Shown: positions 1 through 11,548 of the stretch, piece by piece
Layout: each line of letters begins with the position of its first letter
Position numbering within the stretch: the stretch's first letter is position 1
NCBI GenBank assembly: GCA_000934665.2
Contig: JYFJ02001226.1
Location: 1 to 64,000 of the forward strand
Direction: 5' to 3'
Source: Catajapyx aquilonaris
Taxonomy: Eukaryota
Length of the DNA stretch: 64,000 nucleotides
Position numbers and translations under genes: made by a program
Notes under the pieces: model-generated
The model's input: the letters and a program-made list of their open reading frames with translations, nothing else
Databases searched by the model: none
What the model was told of the DNA's origin: nothing

Positions 1-188
1 GATTCCCTCTACCTCCCCAATCCCCCACCCGCACTAGATAAGCACATGATCAAGGTCAAAGTGGGAGGAAAGCATTCGAAGGCACTCGCCCAATTATCAC
101 CTGGCAACACTAAGTGGCGGGAACAAATCTCGCGGACCACCCCCCATAACGGTATTTCCCCCTGCGACAATCTTTTTGCGTGTCATAG

Positions 189-437
189 TACGTAGGAGAA
201 GGTGATGCCTCTCTCCCAGTGCAGTTTGGCACAATCATGCAGTCAGTGGAAGTTGAAGCATAATACATTGCAGCATTGCGCTGAGGCAGAAAAAAAATGA
301 TATTTATTTTATTGTGTTCAATAAAATAAATATAATTTTCTTTTCTGCCTAAGCGCAATGCATTGTGCTTCAACTTCCACTGACTGCATGATTGTGCCAA
401 ACTGCACAGGGAGAGAGGCATCACCTTCTCCTACGTA
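189..437. mobile_element. Fold-back (fully palindromic) MITE with TA flanks
   Basis: ta|cgtaggagaaggtgatgcc... mirrors ...ggcatcaccttctcctacg|ta; arms pair almost to the centre near 316. Confidence 0.85.
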
Positions 438-1710
438 CATGTGTCCAACGCCACCCCGACACTTCGCGAAGTGTGTAATGCCAACTGGACAGATTCTGAA
501 TTACGGCATCAGTCCAACATGCCAAGTGGTACGACTCCCTTGAGTTGAACGATAACTGAATAGCAAATGACAGTTGGACTCCACTGCACAGGCTGGCAGA
601 AACATTGCATGGTTTTGATTTCCATGCAATTGTGGAACATAAAACCACACAATGTTAAGCGAAAATCAAATTTATGATGCACGTAATTCGCAATTATGAT
701 TCGTAAAGTAGACTGCGGAATAAGTAGTGCCGGCGAAACTGAACAAATACCAGGTGATTCATTGCTCGAGCAGGGAACATACAGCGAGTGGTACCTCGAA
801 CATAGCGTCGTTTTACGTTCCATGTAATATCCAGTGAAAGGGAATACGAGTGGAACAAGGAAGAACACAAAATTCTTTCAGTCCAGTAGCACATTCGTGT
901 TCCAAATGTGTAGAGGAGTGTCGCATATTAGGACAAGCTATGTATCTCGATTCCATGCACTTTCTTGGTATACTCTTATTCACTTTCATTCGATATTCCA
1001 ATGCAATGTAAAACTGCGCCATGTTTGGGGTGGGTTTCATGTTGGGGGCGCACTACTGCATCTCGCCGTACGGCTCCTGCTCGAGTGACATGCATAGAAC
1101 CACCTGGTATGGCTTCTGTTTGGCGGCCACTACTTATCCTGCAAATCGTAATTGCAAATTACATGCAGTCATCAGCTTCATAAAATATTTTTAGTAAGCA
1201 GCAAGCAATCAGAAAATCCAACACTGCTATAAAAAATGTAATACAAAATTTTACGTTTCCTTCCGTATCTTTTCCAGTTTTAAATATTGCAAATTCACGA
1301 TATTCATACCCAGCCTGCTCGTATGGGAAATATAAGCAGCCCGTTTCATCTTGCAGCTAATCCTTTCATAGCCCCTAAAGTAACTGCTAAAATAAGCAGC
1401 TTAATTGCCAACAAATAACCATATAAAATTTTTTAAGGATCATCCGGTACATGCACATACGGGCAATTCAAAATTTTGTGTAAGATATTGTTTACTTGAA
1501 AACCTGAATTTTCCAGGAGTGGTCAAAATATCACCATGTTGCGCAACATTAAATTGGGTTCAGCGATACTTTCACTGCAATATTAGGCTGATTTTACAAC
1601 AAATATTCAGAATTTGCCAAGAGTCTGAGAGTTGCACGACACTCATAAGAGCAGTTGTGCCCATTACACAACATATGGTGAGGTCATGGCAACTGGCGAG
1701 GCTCTACAAA

Positions 1711-2006
1711 GAGTCGCCAACTTCTGACTTCACATCATCTCTGATTGACTGGTGTGAACTGTTTACACTTTACGTGTCCTATGGAGGCCGCCATCTTGCG
1801 TTTATATGGAAATAGTGGCATGCTCTGATGTCACTGCCGACTCCGATTGGCTGTAGTACTGGCTGCGTCAAATCGGAGTCGGCAGTGACATCAGAGCAGG
1901 CCACTATTTCCATATAAAAGCAAGATGGCGGCCTCCATACGTAAACAGTCCGTAATATATTACTCCAGCCAATCAGACGATGTGAAGTCAGAAGGTGGCA
2001 ACGCTC
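1711..2006. mobile_element. Palindromic MITE-like element with nested arms
   Basis: Inner arms tatggaggccgccatcttgc (1780) / gcaagatggcggcctccata (1939); outer arms cttctgacttcacatc / gatgtgaagtcagaag. Confidence 0.75.
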
Positions 2007-2840
2007 GTCCTCGAGGCTCTCCAATGGCAACCACTTGGTGACAAAATCTCATTAAAATAAAAAGCACACTCATGGTCACACTGAACATTCAAACACAATT
2101 TGCACCTACGTGTAAAAAATGCAGTAAAATTTAGACCAATGAAATTGAGTTACTTATCCCACTTCTAATCTAACCCTTGGCATTTGGCAGTAAAATTATG
2201 AAATCACTTGCCAGCTGAAGATTAAATGCTTTGTTTCAAAGTAACCCGAGTTTCACTCAAGACTGAAAATCACATGAGCTGAAATAGAAATGCAGAGGTT
2301 AATCCAATTCTCACCTGCACGAAATGGAAACATGTTGCAAGAAGTGCGGCAGGTGCCTCACGAGTGGTCCTACCCAGCATAACCTTGGCTCACGACAGCA
2401 GTAGGCAGCAGCAGATTTCTTCCCATAGGCTGGTCACAGGAATAACTGGGATGACCTGAAAACAATGTTGCATTAGAATATTGCTATAAGGCTATTTACT
2501 CTGCTAATCACAATGAATTATTTCACAAAATTACAGGTCGTAGGTTCACATTAAAAATATCAATGCCAACATCCGCGCAACTTTATGCTGCAATGTTCAT
2601 TCTCACTCTTGACTCACAGTTACAATGCAGTGCAATAAGTTCCTTCTTATGGAAAAATGTGGGTCAGCTCAGTGAAATGGCGCATTGCAATAATAAGGCC
2701 CAGCAGTGCGGAGAGTAGCCTACTGTGCATTCTCACTTGCCTCCCAAATAGGTTTCAGGCAGCTTCACAGGACGAGTTGGAGGGTGAGTAGGCTGCTGCG
2801 CAAGCATAATCCCTACTGGGCTGAGTAACTCGCTACGTGT

Positions 2841-2987
2841 GTACTATCAGTCCACCTAGAATTGTCGCAGCGGCAGAGCATGAACTACAGTTACGAGCAC
2901 TTCCGGGGGGAGAAGTCAATGGATAAGTACTCGTAGACTGTAGTTCATGCGCTGCCGCTGCGACAATTCTTGGTGGACTGATAGTAC
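2841..2987. mobile_element. Short fold-back MITE
   Basis: gtactatcagtccacc-agaattgtcgcagcggcag mirrored by ctgccgctgcgacaattct-ggtggactgatagtac. Confidence 0.8.
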
Positions 2988-5095
2988 CAGCTTAAGACTC
3001 TTCCATATGAGGCCTCCCCAAGTCGCGGACAAAAGAGGGCAGATAATAATGGGAAAAGCGCGGTCACTGCTGACAAAATAACTCTGTGGGCAGTTCGCCT
3101 TGGGGCCGATTCACTTCAGGCACCTGATAAGGGATGAAGATCAGGTCCCTGGTCACTTTAATAATAAAAAAAACCCAGCAAGATCTGCCCGGGGGCCAAA
3201 CCGTACGACACGGACAATTAGAGGCCGGATAGTAATGAGAAACTCGCACTCATGAAATCACTTGGAACCTGGTATGGGAAGGGCAGGAACCTCCTCACTC
3301 CAAAAAAAAAGGTGCCTCAACAAGAGCTGCCCAGGGGCCAGACCCCCGGACGCGAGCAAGCAGAGGCCATTTAACATGGGCAGGAGTAGCAAAGTCCCGC
3401 CTCTGCACATATAATGCCGCCATTTTGATGGCAGGCCCTCGATCACCATGCAGAGGGCAATGAAGGAAGGCATGCCCCAACCTGCGCAAAAGGGATCTCC
3501 CAAGCAAGCTCCCCACCCACCCCTGGCTACGCTTGTCCAGTGCGGCGTGTACAGTACCAACCTGCGTCTCTCCTGCTGCCCCTAGTTGTAGTCCTCTCCA
3601 ATCTCCACCACGGGTCCTCCCTCCAGCAGCTCCACTTCTTCCATCAGACACGATCAGAGACCCGGGGCCACCCACCCCTGAGAACGGCCGCTTTCCCTCT
3701 CCCTCCCCAAGCCACAAAGGCAAGCAGTGTTGCCAGCCCCAGTTCCCCATCCTCTTTTCCTTCCTCCCACAAGGGACTCCCCCTTCCCAGCTAGGAGATA
3801 CTCTTGGCAACATCGGGGCAACATCGGGTCCTGAGGGAGGGAGCGGGGGGAGGGCTGGTGGAGGGCGAGCGTACCAAACAGCGTTGCCAGATATGCCAAT
3901 TGGAAAATATTTATCGGTAGCGGTAGAGCGCAAGGCCGGTGGACTTGATAACGATGCGTTTTTAGGTAGCCCCAGATATATCGATATACAGATCAGTAAT
4001 AGACTGCATAAACTGGGCGCGTTTAGCGGAACGATTATTACGGATAAATATTACACCAAGTACCGCTGTCGAAATGAGGAAGAATCACACTGATGGCTAT
4101 TTTACAGTGTCATTTTTTATTTGCCCTGGGGAAAAAAAAAATCATCGCAGCAGGTGTACCGTACCTATACATAATTGGGTCCTATATATGATTCAACACT
4201 ATAATCCCCGAAGATTCTGTTGGGTTATTTGCCAGTTGCAATTATTATCTAGCATTTTGCAGCCTTTTCCACCATTTTTTCATTAAAATAGAATATCAGG
4301 CGAATATCAATGAACTGGACGGTTGTACTAATGTTTTGGACGACTAAATTTCGAGCATGTTGACAAATTAAAAGGAAACCAAGTAGAATAGGATGTTCAA
4401 GTTCACAGTATGATTTGTCACGAACGGAATCAGTATTAATAAAATATGAAACATCAAGAAATCCTTTCCGTGTGAGTGACATGTACAGGGGTTATTGGAC
4501 AAAATAACTCCTCCATTTTTCTCCTCCATTTGTACTCGAAAACTGGAGAAGTTGTAGAGATGGCTTTTAACTGCTATTTGAAGCTCTGTCGATGTACATT
4601 TACAGACAAGAAGATGACACACTAAAATCCCAAGAGGAGGGGGAGAAACAAAAGACTAACCATGCCGTCACCCCCCAGACCCCATTATTGTTGAGCAGAT
4701 AGAGTGTCCCACCCTTTTCATTTGAAACTGAAAATAGTTACATATATGAACTTTACTAGGGTTTGAAGCTCCATCGATTTCATACTTTGTGTGGTATAGC
4801 TATAGAGAAGAACGCCAAGATTACCAACCAGGGGGCGGGGGGAATAGAAACCTCGCGATAATTTATTATTGGCCAGGCCTGAGGCCCCTATAACGGCGCA
4901 ATCCAAAACCTACTACCTATGAATAAGCCTGCCCACTCCTCTGGCAACTCTCGAGCAGCTTTGGCGCTACCCTTCCTTCTATTTACCCTGGTCCGACCGT
5001 CCGACGACCCGCCTGCGCCAAGTGGTGTGGCTTTCGGAAACTCGCGTGCGCGTTGCCCGATCCGAATCCATATGGGAATCTGGATCCGCCCTGGG

Positions 5096-5278
5096 TTCAG
5101 TGGGGCTTAACGTCGGCCTATTTCTGCCTCTAATAAGGATCAACACCGACGCCAGGGGGTTGGTCCTCCTCCTGGAAATTTGGCCACTCTGGGGATCTTT
5201 AACGTGCACTCGCGCAATGTCACAAGCACACGGGACCGACGGCTTTACTTCCCCTCTGAAGGAAGGCGCACTCACTTA
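5096..5278 (-). mobile_element. 5'-truncated SINE copy with Deu/Nin-like central domain
   Basis: Near-identical to 36301-36470; carries ggggatctttaacgtgcac...cacgggaccgacggctttacttcccc. Confidence 0.8.
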
Positions 5279-5379
5279 GCACTATAAGCAGGGGCCCGTA
5301 GATCTGTGGAATTTCCGGAATGCAACGGTAGGTTGTTATTCTCTACGACAAAACCAGCAATGTCTACAGCGTCGATGAT

Positions 5380-5690
5380 GCTGCTGAAGAGCAAGGGACC
5401 GCGGCTCCTAGAACACAGTCATGTACCACCAACCTCTGACGCCCTATAATACTGCACACAATGAGGGCCGCGATGAGGGCTGCTTGCCAGGAATAAGGCG
5501 TGATATGGGGGTAATTCACTCCAGACAACAATGGACAACTTAGATCCATCGAGGTTGGGATGGAAGCTATGATGGGCCTTGGAAACTGGGAGCCGGTGTG
5601 GATGACTGGACCGATTATGTCCGAAGCAGGGCAAGAACTCGTCCGATGTGGCTGCCAGGAGGAGTGCACAAACCGCTGCGCTGTAGTGGG
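5380..5690 (+). pseudogene. Degenerate C-terminal fragment of an Academ(X)-type transposase (region after the XPG-like domain and start of the Cys-rich finger)
   Basis: Across stops and frameshifts reads HVPPTSDAL..HTMRA..VIWG..PSRLGW..WEPVWMTGP..SEAGQELVRCGCQEECTNRC, matching the recalled LPPT.DAL..H..RA..IWG..WGW..P.W..ELI.CGCK..C..RC pattern. Confidence 0.65.
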
Positions 5691-5958
5691 AGAGCGGGCC
5701 TTTCTTAAAGGGACACTCCACTAAAAAAAAAAAAAAAATGCTCTAAAAATCGGGCAAAAAAATCATGAACCCGAAGGTGCAATCCGTTTCTCGCTACGCG
5801 GAACGGTAATCCCAGGGCGAGGGGTCAAAGTGGGGAAATTCAAATAGTGCGCTAGAGGCGCTGCCCCCACTTTCGCTTTCCTGGCTCCTCCATTGGTGGA
5901 AGCCACGGTATTCCGTATCCGTCAAAAGTTGATTCCTTTCGTATCTTCCGTTTCGTAA

Positions 5959-6296
5959 GGGGAGGCGAAGTGGTGCTGCGGTAACGTACGCGCCCACGGA
6001 TGTTAAGGTCCCGGGTTCGATCCCAGCCCGGGGACACCCCCTTCATCTCGTGCAGAGTTCATTGGGTCACCTCTGGCTTCGTCTCGGGTGGTATTTCCTA
6101 CAGACTAAACCACCCGGGGGAGTTCACTAAAAATGGCCACATAAAGACATTGCACTGCACCTTGCACATCCCCTCCTGTCATCCTGCCCGTGGGCCCGGG
6201 CGTTACGTATAAAGGCTCCAATGTACACGACAAAAATAAATAAAGGTCCGTGCTACATACCTCTGATGAGGTCAGCACTACCCCGGATTATATATT
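5959..6296 (+). mobile_element. Full-length tRNA-derived SINE, family A
   Basis: A-box-like tggtgctgcggt, B box ggttcgatccc, 13-bp TSD ttccgtttcgtaa (5946-5958 / 6297-6309); homologous to copies at 12055, 13002 and 60825. Confidence 0.9.
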
Positions 6297-8782
6297 TTCC
6301 GTTTCGTAATCCCTTTCACTTTTCGTCATCCTCAAGTGGGCTCTGATTGGTCCACTATTTCGTTTCGTTCGTTTCGTACGCTACCGGCAGCTAGTGTGAA
6401 TTAAGAGTTCGGAGTCTACAGTATTCCATCGAAGCACGCTAACTCGTTTTGAAACAGTAAACACGACTATTATCTTTTTATAGTAGGCCTATATATAATG
6501 GTCACGTGAGGGTGAGGAGGACCTCCTCCTCATTATCATTCTGCTGGCACCCCAATATTTGGGAAAAGCCGTGATGTATATATGAATGAATGAATGAATG
6601 AATGAATGATATTCGACAGATCTTGACAGCGTAACATGCACAAGTTTTGGTGTTACGATTTTTGACATGATCATATTCAGCCCAGAAATGTTCAACATTG
6701 GGAATGTCCAAGTGAGTTTTGGTCACACGGCTTCCTTCAAACCTGCAAGACCATTATTATGACAGATGATGCGATATGTTGGTATAGGGATGGGGAGAAA
6801 TAACTGTTGATTCTAAACACATTTTGTCTCTCTTTCTCAACATTTTCCTCCTTTATCTATCTAATCCTTTTTCTCTGTTTACAGCAAGTCGATTGTAGTC
6901 TGCCTACTAGGATATACTTTTTTTTTGGTTTACATTTTTGTTTTAGCTTTCTTTTCCACGGAGAAGCATACATGTCACACACACACATGCACTCGAGTTA
7001 TGGGAGGAAAGGGGGGGAAAAATTACAGGGTAGGGGAATAGGGCATGGTAGTAGTCGTTGGGACTTTTTAGAACTTGGGGGGATGTGTACAGTATATAGA
7101 GTTGGAAGAAGAACCATATTTTTTTTCTTTAATACCGTTTTTTAAGATAATCAAGTTCTTGGAATGAGTTTGGCATCCGTTACACACTCTATCCATCCGT
7201 TTCCGTTTGCATATTACACCACCATTGTTCGTCCATCTGCTGATGCGCCAATGTTTTAAAATGTCGATTCTATATAAAAACAATTTTTTTTTGGATGGAT
7301 GGAAGTTTTGGGGAGGTGAGGTTTTAGGGGTAAGGGAATTGGAAATAACACGATTTTGGCACTGAGACTCTTGGAAGTTTTGAGACTTTCTTTTCTTTTT
7401 TGAGATGGGGGTGAAGGATGGTTTGTCGTCAGCCGCTGGAAAAGGTCGAGGCGCTTTCAGAGTAGTCAGCAGAGTAACGTACGGGACGTGATTATCTGCC
7501 GGCCGAGTCGCCCACTTGTCGGGTTATTTAAAGTAGCTTAAATGCAGTGAACACCCGGCAGACGAGATGGCAACAAACAAAAGCTACTTACAAACGCCAA
7601 TGGGTAAGTGGCAACAAAGATCGCAGGTGAACGTTGTGCCTTCTCTATATGTACAGGGTGGTTGGGGGAAGGGAGATTCACCAGCTACAACAAGAGGAAG
7701 TGTGTGAGGCCTCTCGGCGCAATGCAAAACATTCTCGGGAGACTAGATAACAAGGGTGCGCATTCATTTCTTGTAATAAGTAGTATTTAACAACCCCGTT
7801 CTCAAAAGGCTTCACCTGTGACCTGACTGCATACATTGGGCAGGAAGTACTCGGACTGTTCAATGTGTTACAACTGGAGCGAAAAACACAAGAGTAGTGA
7901 AAAAACGACGGAGAATCCTGATAACAACACTCTCCTGGTGCCGGGGACTGAAGCTGGATATGCTCGAGATTTTAAAACATGATTCGTACACATGCAATTA
8001 AAATTATTCGTATGAAGCCACATTCTCATGAGTGTCTATCGCCACAATTGCAGATTTCATGTGTCCATTTCCAGCTCCAAGAACGTCCACTGGAGAATGT
8101 TGTTTGTGCATTTACAAACCATTAATGGTTACTGCACTGCTATTTAAAAAAAAAAGGAGGAACCTTTCCGCTGGAACTGCTTCGTTATATTGCCTTACTA
8201 ATTAGGTAAAATCGAGGCCACTGATTGGCTCTCTGCGTGTGGACTCACCACCTTCAGAGTTTTAAAAAAGTGGACATGATTGCTTTTATTGCAAGGACTT
8301 GTCCTAAAATCGATTGTAGTTGAATGCATCTCATGGTCAGTTCATTTTTGTTAAAATCGTACCCTCTCCTTGGCCCCAACTCACAAGCAGTTGAAGCCCA
8401 ATTTGCCAAAACTTGAAGAGAAGTACACCGAGTGAAGCTCAAATGATATTTACGGGCACTAAACATGCCTTCGAAATACATTTGAAACCCCAATTGACTC
8501 CTGCAAAGTGGATTTCAACCAAACCCATGACTCGGATATGCTGCACCTGACAGAGCCAGTCCGTTAGGTTCATTTCTAAGGTACAATGTGTTAAAAAGAG
8601 TCATGCCTCGGTAACAGCCGACATCGCCTTGCATGTGTTAGGGGGCGGGGGGCATCTTAAAATTCATTTTGTGATCAAGCTGCGCCCTCTGAAAGCACCT
8701 TCCCTTATTGCGCCTTGGGGGAGGGTAATGAGGGGAGCGATTTAAGATCCATCTTCCTTATTTGCTTGATTGCTTTGCTTAT

Positions 8783-11494
8783 TTATGCCTGTAGTGCTGT
8801 GGCCATTTCCCTTGAGATGGTGGCCAGCTCTTGGACCCTCTCGGCCAGCTGGAGATTGAGCGTGTCCAGCACCCTTCTTTGGCTCTCGTGGGCGGAGAGG
8901 GCGGTCTCTAGCTGGGCCTGTGTCTTGTTCACTGCCCCCCGCAGGAGCTCATTCTCCGCCTGTAGCTGCTGCCCCTGGACTGAACCAGGGCCATCCTGCA
9001 TCTGCCTCAGGCGCCTGATCTCCTCGTCCTTCAGCCTGCCCTCCGCATCCAGGCCCTCCACCCGCGAGCGGAGAGATTGCAGCTCCTTGCGCAACTCAGC
9101 TGCCGCATCCATATTGCCTGCAAATGAAAAAATGAAAGTCGTATGTGACCAACACTGGCTTCATGTACAAACATGTACAATTTAAATGCTTCAGTCCTTG
9201 TGGCATTACCTTTAGAGGCTTCAGCCTCGAGCAGCCTGGTCTTGAGCCTCTGGTTCTCCTCCTTGTATGCATGCAGCTGCCTCTTCCATTCCTCAACGTT
9301 GGCCGTCGACTCCTGCAGGGCCGAAGTGAGCCGACTGTTGTTGTTCTTAAGTGTCTGCAGCTCAACCTCCCATTTCTTTGCATTTGCTGAGCTGCAATTA
9401 CACAACCATAATCAGCATGCTGTTAACTTCCATTAATTTAATGTCGTTTATTCCTGACTCCATCACCTTTGTGCCAGTGCAAGCTTGAGCCTGTCATTCT
9501 CATACTTGAGCTGCGCCTCCACAGACCCTGGTGGGAACCCTCCTGGTGGGCACCCTCCTGGCACTCCTGCCCCAGGTCCGCCCCCAGGTCCTGCCCCCTG
9601 TCCTGCCCCTTTGTCCCCTGCAGAAGCGGCCCCTGGTATCTTCTGGTGTTTGGGTGACTCGGTTCCAGGCTGCAGTCCGGAGAGGCTCTGGCTCCTCTGG
9701 TGGGCCACCAGGGAGCTCTTGAGTGCTGCGGAGGTGGAGACGTCGTTGGGGGCAGAGGAGGTTGGGGGAGGAGGTGCGCCCATGTACATTCCCCCTGCCC
9801 CCAGGGTTGAGTATGTGGAGGTGGAGGAGGGAGGGAGGGTGGAGGAGGTGGAGGGAGGGGCAGGGATGGCCATCCCCGAGGAAGCGGAGGAGGTGACCGA
9901 GGATATGGAGGTGGGCGGGGGAGGGGGAGGGGGGAGGGAGGGGGGTCCGTCCTGGGAGTCCACGCAGGAGCTGCAGGCCGCCCTGGTGGTCAGAGGGGAA
10001 GCAGAGGCCGAGGAGGTCGCAATGCTCTGCAAGGAAGGAAATATCACGTCACCAACTGCAGCTCATTACAACCAAGCACCAAAATGCTCCCTCAACAAGC
10101 ACAACACAAGAGTTACCAAAGGTTACCTTTCAATTGTCCGTTCAACAACAGAAATGATGCAAATGAAGCAATACTCCGGATCACATCGGGTTGGTGGTAG
10201 ACAGAAATGCACATGAACTGAGGGCTATTTAGTATTTTGACTTTTGCATTGTTTTTCAAGGCTACTGCACACGTAATAAGTATGTGACAGTCTACACATG
10301 CTTTAAGCCATTCACATACATTTGCAAGTGAACAAAGGCCAGCGATTTCCTATTCACTTTAGCGCTGCCATAGTAATGCGGTATTCCCGTGTGTACATAC
10401 ACAAACAGTTATGGTTGTAAAATTTACACTGAAATTCATAATGATTGTGACTACAGTGCAACGTAAAGCAACAATATTCTCAGTCATTATAATTGGCTGA
10501 AATTGGGAGAATTTGAATTAGGCAGCCAACCTGAGGACGGAGGAGAGGCCAGAAGAGGTGGGCTGGGCTGATAAGGATGACTGGGTGGGATGGATACAAG
10601 CCAGAAGAGGAGGCGGATTGGAGCATTGATGACATGACGCTGATGGACTAACTGGTGACTGGGATACCGGTGAAAGGTGGCCTGGCTTGATGCTGGACAG
10701 AGACATTTGCGGTGCACATCAGACTTGTCATTGGGCTGTGCTGGACTGGTGGGATAGGAAGTGTACTGGCGCTTAAGACATGATTATATCGGTATGCTAT
10801 GGTTTTGACTAAAAGAGTGGGGCACACAGGCTGTAGGGCCTTCTTGGCCAGATCAGCCCTACTGTTGCTCTGTCAAGTATAATAGCAAGTACAAAGCAAA
10901 CGTCAAAAAATTCAACTTGATTCCACCAGCCATTTCATCTGTCAGTTAAGACCTACCTGCAAGTCAGGGCTACTTATAACACCGTTTAAGTTCTCTCAAC
11001 ACACAATATTCTCTAATTAGTTGATTATTATGAACCGACCAGCTCTATGAAGATTCACAATATTAATGAACATTCGCATATTAGGTCAGGGTAGACACAG
11101 TAAAACCTCGATATAACACTCTGTAAGGGACCACCCAAAAGTAGCGTTATAGGCGGGATAGGGTTATATGCGAGAAAATTTACCTTATAGAAATGATCAA
11201 GCAACTGGAAAAAAAAAGGGGCGTTAAAAGCGGGAAAGCGGTATATGTGGGAGCATTATAATGAGGTTTTACTGTACGTCCTTCCAAGAATTTATTTGCA
11301 AAAGAGCAAACCATGCATAAGTTATCTGTGAAGTTATAAATTAGCTGTTCTTATGGAACAAATGAAAAACCTCCGCATTCACTTCCTGAGAAAAGGGCGA
11401 ATTAAATCATATTTCCCACATATAACGCTATCCTGCTTATAACTATACTTTTGGGCGGTCCCTTGAAGAGCGATACTGTATAACGAAATTACAA

Positions 11495-11548
<54 letters not shown>

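Noticed and set aside
3258..4093. Overlapping 100-212 aa ORFs, possibly retroelement-derived
   Set aside because: No recognisable gag, protease, RT or integrase motif; GC-rich low-complexity ORFs
6255..6300. CTGATGAG suggesting a hammerhead ribozyme
   Set aside because: No GAAA after stem II, and the motif is absent from sister SINE copies
8241..8250. gtgagt donor suggesting a spliced Homer 3' UTR
   Set aside because: It lies about 35 nt downstream of AATAAA (8290-8285), so it is more likely a GU-rich downstream element
9485..10216. 243-aa plus-strand ORF, and 8715-9185
   Set aside because: Antisense shadows of GC-rich Homer exons
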